Assembly: GCA_023381015.1 (NCBI GenBank)
Contig: JAMCTE010000016.1
Span: forward strand, 46,071 to 110,070
Direction: 5' to 3'
DNA length: 64,000 nt
Source: Patescibacteria group bacterium
Lineage (GTDB): Bacteria; Patescibacteriota; Microgenomatia; UBA1406; GWC2-37-13
Shown: positions 1 to 8,949 of the stretch, piece after piece
How the letters are laid out: every line of letters starts with the position of its first letter
Position numbering within the stretch: the first letter of the stretch is position 1
Translations under genes and position numbers: made by a program
The notes under the pieces: model-generated
Databases searched by the model: none
What the model saw: only the letters and a program-made list of their open reading frames with translations
What the model was told of the DNA's origin: nothing

Positions 1-1171
1 TTTTACGGCATTTTTCCATAATCCAGTTTAGATTTCTAATCCAACCCTGTTGAAGTCTGGCATGGCCTAAAAATATATTAATGCTTTTGACTTTGGCGGG
101 AACAAGCTTCTTTACTACGTTTTTCAACGTACCGAAAGTCCCAGCTTCATCATCATATAAAATCACATTTGTCCCTATCAATTTTTTCTTCAACTCTTCG
201 GAAAGCTCGTTTGCTTTCTTCACTAGATTGTCGGAGTTTCTTACCTGGCTCAAATGTACGCCTTCGATGCCAAAACGTTCCTCGAGCCTGGTCGCCACCA
301 GATTTCGGCCAATATCTGGCCTAACGACCTTCCATTTTGACGGATCAAAATCTCTTTTTTTAGTCTTCCTCAAACGATCACTTATTTTGCCGACTAACTC
401 TTCTTCGTAAGAAATGGGGGCAAATGGGATTCCATATAGGGCGGCAATCGCCTGGGCAGCAGAAGAATGAGGCTCAAAATTAATAATTTTATTTATGAAT
501 GGGCTTAGTGACCCCATCCAAGCCATCATTTTTATGATCCTACCATTATATTTTATCGGTTTTCCCTCTTTGCTTTTAGCGATGTTTTTATCCTCCCTTT
601 GATCTGCCATAAAAGGGCTAACTAAAATTACTTCCTTTGCCCCATTCATCAAATATTGTTGGGCAACAAATTTTATATCGGCAAAGTCCCCTTTACTCAA
701 AGGGGAAGCGACGATGTAAATCGATTTTGCTCGACGGAAATGTTTAATATTATGCGGACCTTCAAAAGAATCTTGCGAATAACGCTCGCCTCTGATCAAT
801 TTTGCTACTGGATACTTTCCCAATTGGTGATTTTTCAAATCTGCATAAAACTTCTTGGAGAAATCTTTGTCGCCATTTTTTTGGTGGTTTGGCGGAATAA
901 CGACTACTTGAAAATCTTTCCTTTCTTCATCAGTTATGTTTAACCTGTCAGTTTTTCTCTTCCAAAATTCTTGTGACCATTCTCTTTTTAAAGCCAAGGC
1001 ATGAGCTAATACCAATTCTTGCTGTCCGCCTTTAGTAAAAAACGGCAAAGTATCCTTAATAAAGGCAGTGATAGGTGGCGCTTGAGGAAAGGCTTTTTTA
1101 AGCAGGGCGTAACGGTCTCTATAACTTAAATTTTTGTCGACTTCTTGAGTTCTGTATCTTTCACGAAGCAT
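1..1171 (-). CDS. Divergent ribose-phosphate pyrophosphokinase (PRPP synthetase)-like protein, runs off left edge
   Basis: Not in ORF track; translated by hand from ATG at 1171 (MLRERYRTQE...). Prs-like motifs in order: GAKEVILVSPFMADQREDK, IINFEPHS, VVRPDIG, VILYDDEAGTFGTL (PRT loop), IFLGHARL. Confidence 0.7.
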   Translation of the reverse strand, partial: MLRERYRTQEVDKNLSYRDRYALLKKAFPQAPPITAFIKDTLPFFTKGGQQELVLAHALALKREWSQEFWKRKTDRLNITDEERKDFQVVVIPPNHQKNGDKDFSKKFYADLKNHQLGKYPVAKLIRGERYSQDSFEGPHNIKHFRRAKSIYIVASPLSKGDFADIKFVAQQYLMNGAKEVILVSPFMADQREDKNIAKSKEGKPIKYNGRIIKMMAWMGSLSPFINKIINFEPHSSAAQAIAALYGIPFAPISYEEELVGKISDRLRKTKKRDFDPSKWKVVRPDIGRNLVATRLEERFGIEGVHLSQVRNSDNLVKKANELSEELKKKLIGTNVILYDDEAGTFGTLKNVVKKLVPAKVKSINIFLGHARLQQGWIRNLNWIMEKCRK

Positions 1172-1207
1172 AAAATGGTTGAATTATATACCCACAATCT
1201 TAATTCG

Positions 1208-2989
1208 TCAATGTCCTATAAGTTTCTTGAATAAGAAGACAATGTCATTGAAATCGAACTTGCCGTCACGGTTAAAATCAAAAGGCAGCATCGCTTTGAA
1301 TTCGGCCAAATTGCCTTGAGCTTTGAAAATTATATAGGTCTGACGGGGTAGATAGCCTGGCTTGAGGATGACTGCCCGGTAAGGCTCGTCAATGGCGATA
1401 TTTTGGATATTTTTTATGACCCCGTGACCGTCAGTCACCTTGACTCCCTTGTTTTTGAAAACCAACCTTTCAATCGATTTGGAGCCTTGGACTTCGAAAT
1501 CGTTGCCCTGGCCTTTACCGAACGGCCAGAAATTAACGTTCAAATTTAAATCAGGTAAAGGCAAAACTCTGAATTGCCAGGGTGACGATTCGATGATTTT
1601 TTGATTGTCTTTTGTCAAAACAAACCTGATGGTTTGTTTTGGTTCTTCCTGACTGGTTTTTAAGGAAAAATCGATGGTTTTCTCTTCAAACGGCTTTACG
1701 TCCTTGACGTCGGCAACTAGGCTTTCGGTGCTCTTCAGTCCATCGTTGGTGATCTGCAATTGATAGCCGTCGTCTTTGTCCCAAACCGCCTGACCCTGGT
1801 TACTCAAGTTGACCCTGAAGCTATATGTCGATTGGGCAACCAACTCTTTTGGCAAATTAAAATTGACGCTGCCTTTTTGAATTTGATCCGGATCACCGGC
1901 AGTTTTTGCCAATGATTGCACAGCATAATACTGTTGGTAAAACTCATCCGATTGATACTTCTTCCAAGAAAATTCCAAGAATGGTGGGCCTTGATAGTCA
2001 AGGACAAACGGCGTTACCGCCATGACTCGCGGGTCTTGGCTCCAAATCGATTGAAAGGCAGTCTGAAAATCATAGGAGACTTGCTGTTCGCTGCCCCTCT
2101 TCCAACCGGTTTCCGTAATAAATACCGGCAAGTCTTTCTTTGCCCCCAAACTAGCTAATAACCCTAGCTCCCAGTCATAAGTTTTAACGGTTCCCCGACC
2201 GTTGGCATAAGGACTGCCGGCAAAATCTGGATTAGGATAAGAGTGGCTAGCCAAACCATCAATGTAATCAAAAATACTAGTGACTGGTGACTGGTGATTA
2301 GTGATTAGTTTTCCATTAGATGAGACGGCTGAATTTTTGAGCGAGTTCGTGTCTGACGAGGAGGATTCATCCGACGAGGAGTTAACTCGCGATAAAAATT
2401 TAGACGACTCATCTAAAAATTTTCTAAAGAACACCTCTTCGTCTTCCAACCCGGGCATCCATGAAGGAGCCGAGGCATCCATCCCTGCCAGCATGACAAA
2501 AAAATCTTTGTTTTTTTCTTTTAAGGCTTTGGAGAAAGCAAGAGTCACCTTGGCATAGCTCTTTTCATCGACTTCACCACCCCACTCACTGCCGTGATTC
2601 GGTTCGTTGAATAAAATAACATATCGATTTTTGACCACCCAGTTTAGAGAGTCCAAAAAATTAACCCAATCAGTCGCGTCTTTTGGATCAGGGCGGCGCC
2701 AGTTCTCTCCTTCAGGCTGAGTGGCTAACCGAATAATCGGAATCAAGTGCAACTCCCTCATCTCGTCAAAAATATTCTGCCACTTATCACGGTTGCGATC
2801 GTTTTCCTGCATTACCAAAGTTACGTAACCCCACTTGCCGCCGTTTGAATTCACCAGATTGGCAGCGGCTTGAAGGTCTTGAGATTGGGGTTGGGCTAAA
2901 TGAATGCCATAAATATTATTTGATACTGATGCATAAATAGAGATCGGAAGAAATAATAAAGTAAATAAAAAAAATAAAATTTTTTTCAT
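1208..2989 (-). CDS. Secreted clan-A glycoside hydrolase-like protein with Ig-like and C-terminal dockerin-like segment
   Basis: Signal peptide from MKKILFF (ATG 2989 preferred over 3037); FNEPN acid/base motif, ASHSYP, VFITETGW nucleophile motif; C-terminal DFNRDGKFDFNDIVFL. Confidence 0.7.
   Translation of the reverse strand: MKKILFFLFTLLFLPISIYASVSNNIYGIHLAQPQSQDLQAAANLVNSNGGKWGYVTLVMQENDRNRDKWQNIFDEMRELHLIPIIRLATQPEGENWRRPDPKDATDWVNFLDSLNWVVKNRYVILFNEPNHGSEWGGEVDEKSYAKVTLAFSKALKEKNKDFFVMLAGMDASAPSWMPGLEDEEVFFRKFLDESSKFLSRVNSSSDESSSSDTNSLKNSAVSSNGKLITNHQSPVTSIFDYIDGLASHSYPNPDFAGSPYANGRGTVKTYDWELGLLASLGAKKDLPVFITETGWKRGSEQQVSYDFQTAFQSIWSQDPRVMAVTPFVLDYQGPPFLEFSWKKYQSDEFYQQYYAVQSLAKTAGDPDQIQKGSVNFNLPKELVAQSTYSFRVNLSNQGQAVWDKDDGYQLQITNDGLKSTESLVADVKDVKPFEEKTIDFSLKTSQEEPKQTIRFVLTKDNQKIIESSPWQFRVLPLPDLNLNVNFWPFGKGQGNDFEVQGSKSIERLVFKNKGVKVTDGHGVIKNIQNIAIDEPYRAVILKPGYLPRQTYIIFKAQGNLAEFKAMLPFDFNRDGKFDFNDIVFLFKKLIGH
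2281..2308. repeat. 7-bp-period tandem repeat (TGACTGG x2, TGATTAG x2) inside the glycoside hydrolase CDS
   Basis: Read directly: tgactgg tgactgg tgattag tgattag. Confidence 0.8.
2316..2416. repeat. About 100-bp imperfect palindromic (REP-like) element inside a CDS
   Basis: Left arm TTAGATGAG-ACGG-CTGAATTTTT-GA-GCGAGTT pairs with right arm AACTCGC-GAT-AAAAATTTAG-ACGA-CTCATCTAA; the loop has GACGAGGAG twice. Confidence 0.75.
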
Positions 2990-2994
2990 AAGAA

Positions 2995-3124
2995 CCAATA
3001 ACCAAATTCCAAGAAACAAGCAATTTTCAAACTCCAATTACCAATGTTCAAAAATGTTTAATCATTGAATATTGATCATTGTAATTTGTTTGGAATACTT
3101 GTCTTATTGGTGATTGGTTATTTG
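2995..3124. repeat. Degenerate intergenic inverted repeat built from heptamer-like units
   Basis: CAA-rich left arm (caataaccaaattccaag...ccaatgttcaaa) loosely mirrors TTG-rich right arm (ttgaatattg...ttggtgattggttatttg). Confidence 0.5.
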
Positions 3125-3570
3125 ATTTCTACTTTTACTCCAGCCTTCTTAAGAAGTTCTATTCCCTCTTTATCATGGTGCTCCATCTTGCATACTACCC
3201 TGACAATCCCGGCATTAATCAGCATCTTTGCGCAACTTGAACAAGGATTGGACGTGCTGAAAAGAGTCGACCCTTTTGAAGACAACCCCAGATAGGCGGC
3301 CTGGATGATGGCATTTTGTTCGGCGTGGATACAAACACAGCTTTCTTCTTGTTCTCCGCTTTTTAACTCACCCCGATGGCGCTTTTGGCAACGATCGCAC
3401 CCGCCCTTGGAACAGTCAACAATGCCATGAGGAGTCCCGTTATAGCCGGTCGCCATGATTCGCAGATCTTTGACCAAAAGACAGCCGATTTGCCGGCTCA
3501 AACAATCGGCTCGTCGTTTGACGACTTCGGCCAATTCCATAAAATATTCGTCCCAGGTTGGTTTTTTCAT
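3118..3570 (-). CDS. dCMP deaminase / ComEB-family zinc deaminase
   Basis: PTWDEYFM, ATGYNG, HAEQNA and PCxxC motifs. Confidence 0.9.
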   Translation of the reverse strand: MKKPTWDEYFMELAEVVKRRADCLSRQIGCLLVKDLRIMATGYNGTPHGIVDCSKGGCDRCQKRHRGELKSGEQEESCVCIHAEQNAIIQAAYLGLSSKGSTLFSTSNPCSSCAKMLINAGIVRVVCKMEHHDKEGIELLKKAGVKVEIK

Positions 3571-3642
3571 GAAAAAAGTATAACAAAATAAAATCCTAAT
3601 AAATTAATATAATTTAAACTAGGGCTTTATTATTATTAACAT

Positions 3643-4404
3643 ATGAATACTCCCAAAAAGTATTTTTGGTCCAAGTTTAATTTTATCTTTAAATTCCTGT
3701 TAGAAAAGACACCAAAGATTTCTTTTTTAAGGAAACTTAATTTGCTATGGAAATTTTATTATATATCGCGATTAGTTGACTGCCCGCACAGTAATATCGA
3801 AATGTTGATATTTGTCCGATCTGTGTTTTTTTTACTTCCATCTATAGAAGGTGTGCTTGTTGAAGCAGGTGCCTACAAAGGCGGTTCAACTGCTAAACTA
3901 AGTTTAGTTGCAAAAATTACCAAAAGAAAATTAATTGTGTTTGATTCATTTAAGGGTTTACCAGATAATAAAGAAGTTCAATCATATACTAATGAAATAA
4001 ATACTCATCAAAACTTCAAAAAGAATTTTTTCATTTTTCCAAAGGGCAAATATAAAGGTTCTCTTGGGGAAGTAAAAAAAAATGTTTCGAAATATGGATC
4101 GATTGATGTTTGTACATTTAAAAAGGGTTGGTTTAAAAATACCCTACCAAGGTTTAATGATAAAATCGCGGCGATGTTTTTGGATGTCGATTTAGCTTCG
4201 TCCACTCGAGTTTGTTTGAAGTACTTGTACCCCCTACTTCAACCAAACGGAATCTTAATGTCTCATGACGGTCATTTAACTTTAGCAACTAAAGTTTATC
4301 GAGATAAAAAATTTTGGCAAAATAAAGTTAGAGCTCCTAAGCCTCCTATTTCCGATTCTATTAAAGGAAAAATTATTTTCATAGTCAAACCATCAAAGAT
4401 TTAG
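3643..4404 (+). CDS. TylF/MycF/NovP-family O-methyltransferase
   Basis: VEAGAYKGGS, FDSFKGLP, KGWFKNTLP, LDVDL, HD motifs. Confidence 0.85.
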   Translation: MNTPKKYFWSKFNFIFKFLLEKTPKISFLRKLNLLWKFYYISRLVDCPHSNIEMLIFVRSVFFLLPSIEGVLVEAGAYKGGSTAKLSLVAKITKRKLIVFDSFKGLPDNKEVQSYTNEINTHQNFKKNFFIFPKGKYKGSLGEVKKNVSKYGSIDVCTFKKGWFKNTLPRFNDKIAAMFLDVDLASSTRVCLKYLYPLLQPNGILMSHDGHLTLATKVYRDKKFWQNKVRAPKPPISDSIKGKIIFIVKPSKI

Positions 4405-4466
4405 TTGACGCTCTTATGACAAAAAAACTGTCGTAATAATATACTTATCAATTAAGCATTTTTCAT

Positions 4467-5157
4467 ATGAAAATAGAGATTGTGGCTTTAATAGCAGCAT
4501 ATAACGAAGAACCTTATATCGCTAACGTAATTTCTAAATTAAAAAAAATATGTGCAACAGATTGTCGTTGTTGATGATGGTTCTCTAGATAGAACCGCCC
4601 AGATTGTCAAACGGCAAAACATAAAACTAATTACTCTGATTAAGAATCATGGAAAAGGCAAAGCTTTAGTAACTGGTTTAAAATATATTTTAAAAATATA
4701 CCAAGATCTCCAAGTAGTCGTCCTTCTTGATGGCGACGGACAACACGATCCAAACGATCTTTTTAGACTATTAAAAATATATAATAAAAAACGACCTGAC
4801 ATGTTAATTGGTAATCGAACTAATTGGTTTGGAAAGATGCCAATTCTAAAAATGATCTGGAATACTTTTATTTCCTTTTTTATTTCGATAAAAACTCAAT
4901 ATCAACTACCTGATTCCCAATCCGGTTTTCGACTTATCAATGGGGTTTTTTTGCGAAAGATTGTCAATTTATTAGGACAACATCAATATGGTATTGAGAC
5001 TGAGTTAATTCTTGCCGCTCGAAAAAAACAAGCTAAGATAGAAAACTATCCTATCAAAACCATTTATATAAAAAAACTTTCTAAAAGAAATCATTTTTTA
5101 AAGGACATCAATAGGTCATTTGACATTTTTAAGTATGTTATTACATCTAATTTATAA
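4467..5157 (+). pseudogene. GT2 (DPM-synthase-like) glycosyltransferase, frameshifted at an A8 tract
   Basis: N-terminus MKIEIVALIAAYNEE from ATG 4467 is out of frame with VVVDDGS...NHGKG...DGDGQH...DSQSGFR; removing one A from 4541-4548 restores LKKYVQQIVVVDDG. Confidence 0.75.
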
Positions 5158-5163
5158 AATAGT

Positions 5164-5820
5164 TCATTGAGAGAGGGTTTTTTCAAGACACAAGTAGCTT
5201 TGAAGATCTTTATGACCGGCAAAGACTTTGATATGGCAAAACCGTTTATTTTTATCATTAGTTTCCTTGTTTGGATTTCGGGTAATGCAGTTTTCGCTAC
5301 GCCAACTATTTTTCCAGTCCGAATATCTTTTTCTCATAGAAATCATGGTTAGTAGGCGGTCAAATATTGAGCATTTCGCTGGCAACCAGGCTCTATAATC
5401 AATTATAACCTGACTAGTATTGGGAACAATGTCGAACTGAATCTCACCAGTTTTTTCTTGATTTAAATAGGCCGATTCAAAACCTGTAAAACCATCTTGC
5501 TTGCCGGAAATCATTTCGACTGCTCCATGTGTTTTTTTAGATGTTGTCGCTACAATTTTTGAAATAATAGCGTCTTTAACTTCAACATGAATACCCCCAT
5601 GGGCGGTTGTTTCCGTCGAGGCGGGTCCACCTATATTTCTCAAGATCATGGTTATTTTTATCGGTTTTTCCTGCTCAATTTTAGTGCTTGACGATATAAA
5701 TTCCACAAATGGCATCGGCTTATTCCACTGATATAATAACTCGATAACAAGACATATGATTATTAAAAATAAAAACAATAATACTGCTGTTTTTAAATTT
5801 TTTTTGAGATATTTTTCCAT
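5164..5820 (-). CDS. Hypothetical membrane-anchored protein
   Basis: 218-aa ORF with N-terminal TM helix; no recognised motif. Confidence 0.6.
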   Translation of the reverse strand: MEKYLKKNLKTAVLLFLFLIIICLVIELLYQWNKPMPFVEFISSSTKIEQEKPIKITMILRNIGGPASTETTAHGGIHVEVKDAIISKIVATTSKKTHGAVEMISGKQDGFTGFESAYLNQEKTGEIQFDIVPNTSQVIIDYRAWLPAKCSIFDRLLTMISMRKRYSDWKNSWRSENCITRNPNKETNDKNKRFCHIKVFAGHKDLQSYLCLEKTLSQ

Positions 5821-6038
5821 AGTTTTAAATTTGCAAAATTACCCGATACGGGGATCATCGATCCGCCAATTGTCAGTAGTATAAAAGGTAAAAACATCGA
5901 CCGATTTCTGATATAAACCGTTAACAGAACATGGTAGCATATTATGAAGAAAAAAATGCATTACAAAAATTGTTATGGTTGATGATGGATTAAGCGATCA
6001 TAATATTGAAACTGAATTAATCTTTGCCCTAAAAGATG

Positions 6039-7328
6039 TTAAAACCCAATATCCATGCCAAGAATACTAGATTTATCTATGATCACTGTTTTCCATCCAT
6101 TATTCTTTTGTATATATTTAACTAAAAACCCTTTATTAGTTCCTTCCCAACCTATATTTTGCTTTGGAAATGTTATCATTCCTCCTATATAAAAATTAAC
6201 ATTATTTTCTTCGGCATTAGCCAAAGCAACCATAGAATTGAACTGTCCATCTTTTATCTTCGGGAATAATGAAGCCACTGTCCCCAACTGGTTATATATA
6301 AATTTTTCCCCATCCCAATTAATCAAGAAAATCTTAGCTTGAGGGAAACCTGTCGCAAGTAATATTTGCTGTTTGCCTGTATGATTTGGGTCTACCAAAA
6401 CAACACCTTTCATGTTGGTCTCTTGAGGATCGTTATAAATAGTTGATTTTTCCCATGAACCATTTTTGTAAGTATACGAAAACAAAGATGCCGGCAATCC
6501 TCTAGGGCTTCCTATTCCTACAATTAGAGTATTACTTCCTGTATGATAAATATCTCCTATTGTAATACTACGAAACTCTCTCCCGGAAAGTCTATCTATT
6601 GTCATACCTTTCCATATACCATTTACCTTTTTATACATCCTCAGGAAACTTATCTCATTTGTTCCTTGGAGTTCTAACGGGGAAGACATTGATGCCAATA
6701 TTTCATTTTTACCGTCATTATCAACGTCACCAATTTTTACAATATGCACGGCGGTCTGTACAACGCACAGTTGACAGGTTAATTCACTATTGGAAACTCT
6801 ATGATTAGTTCTTTCTTTATCATCAACTTGTTTGATAAAATTAGTCTCTATATTTTGCTTAGACCATTTTCCATTATTCCAGCTGTAGATGTTTACAAAA
6901 CCTTCGCCATGGGTAGCTAAAACGATATCATTTGTACCCGTATTTTCTACATCTCCGATGGTTAAATCCTTGCACCTTAAGTCTCCAACATCATCGATAA
7001 TGGACTTCTTATAATTTTTTAGGTCATAAGCAATAATTTTGCATCCATAGGGTTGGGCAAAAAAACTGTTTGAAACACCTGCGATGATTGACTGTTGTCC
7101 ATTGTTATATATATCTCCTAGACGAACTGCATATACAAATTTATAACCTGTATTAATAGTCCTGATCTTTTTATAAGAACTTCCTTGGATTTCATATACA
7201 TTAATGTCCCCTGGATTACCATGACCGGTTACAAGATAAGTTTTTTGAACTCTAGGTCGATTCACAACAAGAAAAATTAGATAAGCTATAACAGCAATAA
7301 AAAAGATAAAAAGTATTTTTTTAATCAT
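6039..7328 (-). CDS. FG-GAP/VCBS-repeat beta-propeller protein, membrane anchored
   Basis: Repeated GDIYNNG, GDVENTG, GDVDNDGKNEI, GDIYHTG motifs; N-terminal hydrophobic anchor. Confidence 0.75.
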   Translation of the reverse strand: MIKKILFIFFIAVIAYLIFLVVNRPRVQKTYLVTGHGNPGDINVYEIQGSSYKKIRTINTGYKFVYAVRLGDIYNNGQQSIIAGVSNSFFAQPYGCKIIAYDLKNYKKSIIDDVGDLRCKDLTIGDVENTGTNDIVLATHGEGFVNIYSWNNGKWSKQNIETNFIKQVDDKERTNHRVSNSELTCQLCVVQTAVHIVKIGDVDNDGKNEILASMSSPLELQGTNEISFLRMYKKVNGIWKGMTIDRLSGREFRSITIGDIYHTGSNTLIVGIGSPRGLPASLFSYTYKNGSWEKSTIYNDPQETNMKGVVLVDPNHTGKQQILLATGFPQAKIFLINWDGEKFIYNQLGTVASLFPKIKDGQFNSMVALANAEENNVNFYIGGMITFPKQNIGWEGTNKGFLVKYIQKNNGWKTVIIDKSSILGMDIGF

Positions 7329-7330
7329 TA

Positions 7331-8758
7331 TTAGTAACCTAATTCTTTTAATTTTTTAATAATATCTTCACTCATATTCCATTCGGTGCTATTATCCTTT
7401 TTAGGATACCCATATTTGGAAATAAAGTCAAATAACTGATTTTTTAGAGAGTTTGCTAACTGTTTATGTTGTTTAATAATATTATTTTTTTCTTCTGGAT
7501 CTGTTTTTTCGTCGTAAAGTTCTTCTAATTCATTATTATATAAACAAGAATTATTTAGAGAGTAGATATATTTATATCTACCATCAAATATTGCAAATTT
7601 TGTTCCAGTAGTGTTGATAAAATAGATTGGTAGTATTTGATTATTATTGATTTGTCGGGTAATTTTGTTAAATATGTTACTTCTTATAAGAGTAGATAAA
7701 TTAACTCCATCAATTGATAACTTATTAATTCGAATGTGTAACAATTGGAGGACTGTCGGTAGTATATCTATATTACGGATTACTTGTGCTATTTTTACTT
7801 CGTGACCTGTTGTGGATGAGTCTCTAATAATAAGAGGAATTCGAACAGCTGAATTATATAAAACACCTCCATGAGTAAAATAATAGTCATGGTCAAAACC
7901 CTCACCATGATCACCGTAAATCATTACGATAGATTTATTCAGCAATTTTGTATTTTTAAGCGTATTAACAACATTTCCTACTATTTGATCGGCTTGTTTA
8001 ATATCTCCGTCGTATAGGGTTTTAGACAGATCAAGAGTATCATTGTTTAAAGATGTGTTTTGACATGCAAAATATTGGTTTATATCTTTTAATAAACCAA
8101 TTTCTGACTTAATCGTTAAAGTCTCGCAGTAATTACTGTTAAAATTACATACAGAGCTGGGAGGGGGAAAAAATGGATAATGAGGATCCATTAGATGGAT
8201 CCAGATGAACATTTTTTTATTTTTATTTTTTTTAATAGTGCTTATCGCTTGATTAAAAAAATTGTTATATTTCTCTCTTTGGGTATCCCTTTTCCATAAT
8301 CCATATGCGTCAAATAGATGGAATTCATCGAATCCTTTATTTAAATTAGATAATTTTGGCCCTATAAATCTGTTTGAGACATAGGCAATGGTAGTGTATC
8401 CGTTTTCTTTAAGTATTTGAGCCAAAGTCGGCGTATTCGAATCTATAGAGGGCCCAATTCCGTTTGTAATAATTCCCGAAGTAAAGGGTGATATTCCCGT
8501 CATCAACGAAGCAAAAGAAGGGCGTGTAAATGGAATTTCTGTATAAGCATTTGTAAATACAAAACTGTCCTGGGCAAAAGAATCGATGTTTGGCGTAGTT
8601 TTTCTATTATAACCATACATACTCATGTGATCTGGTCGAAGGGTATCAATTGAAATTAAAATTAGATTTGGGGAAGATGTTTTTCTAGCCGTTGAATAAT
8701 ATAATCCAATTAAAGCAATAAAAAAAATAAGTAGAAATAGAAGATATTTCAACTTCAT
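7331..8758 (-). CDS. Sulfatase-like (alkaline phosphatase superfamily) hydrolase/transferase
   Basis: PNLILISIDTLRPDH, TRPSFASLMTG, HLMDPH, GDHGE, ELYD; start at MKLKYLL (8758). Confidence 0.85.
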   Translation of the reverse strand: MKLKYLLFLLIFFIALIGLYYSTARKTSSPNLILISIDTLRPDHMSMYGYNRKTTPNIDSFAQDSFVFTNAYTEIPFTRPSFASLMTGISPFTSGIITNGIGPSIDSNTPTLAQILKENGYTTIAYVSNRFIGPKLSNLNKGFDEFHLFDAYGLWKRDTQREKYNNFFNQAISTIKKNKNKKMFIWIHLMDPHYPFFPPPSSVCNFNSNYCETLTIKSEIGLLKDINQYFACQNTSLNNDTLDLSKTLYDGDIKQADQIVGNVVNTLKNTKLLNKSIVMIYGDHGEGFDHDYYFTHGGVLYNSAVRIPLIIRDSSTTGHEVKIAQVIRNIDILPTVLQLLHIRINKLSIDGVNLSTLIRSNIFNKITRQINNNQILPIYFINTTGTKFAIFDGRYKYIYSLNNSCLYNNELEELYDEKTDPEEKNNIIKQHKQLANSLKNQLFDFISKYGYPKKDNSTEWNMSEDIIKKLKELGY

Positions 8759-8779
8759 AAATCTAAGTATAACGTAAGT

Positions 8780-8808
8780 AAAAAAGCGAATGTGCAGTTT
8801 TTCGCTTT
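8780..8808 (-). terminator. Possible intrinsic terminator
   Basis: On minus strand AAAGCGAA-loop-TTCGCTTT followed by further T residues. Confidence 0.4.
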
Positions 8809-8949
8809 GCAAATTATCTTTTCAACTAAATATTTTTTCTTATTTCCATCATCGTTAATTATCGTTAATTGTCAAGCAAAGATAGGACATTTAAGAGGAT
8901 TGCTCCCCAGTATAAGCCGTAAACTATTATCAGAGCTTTTGTTTTATCA

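Noticed and set aside
81-943. Plus-strand ORFs 81..410 and 656..943
   Set aside because: Antisense to the long Prs-like minus-strand ORF.
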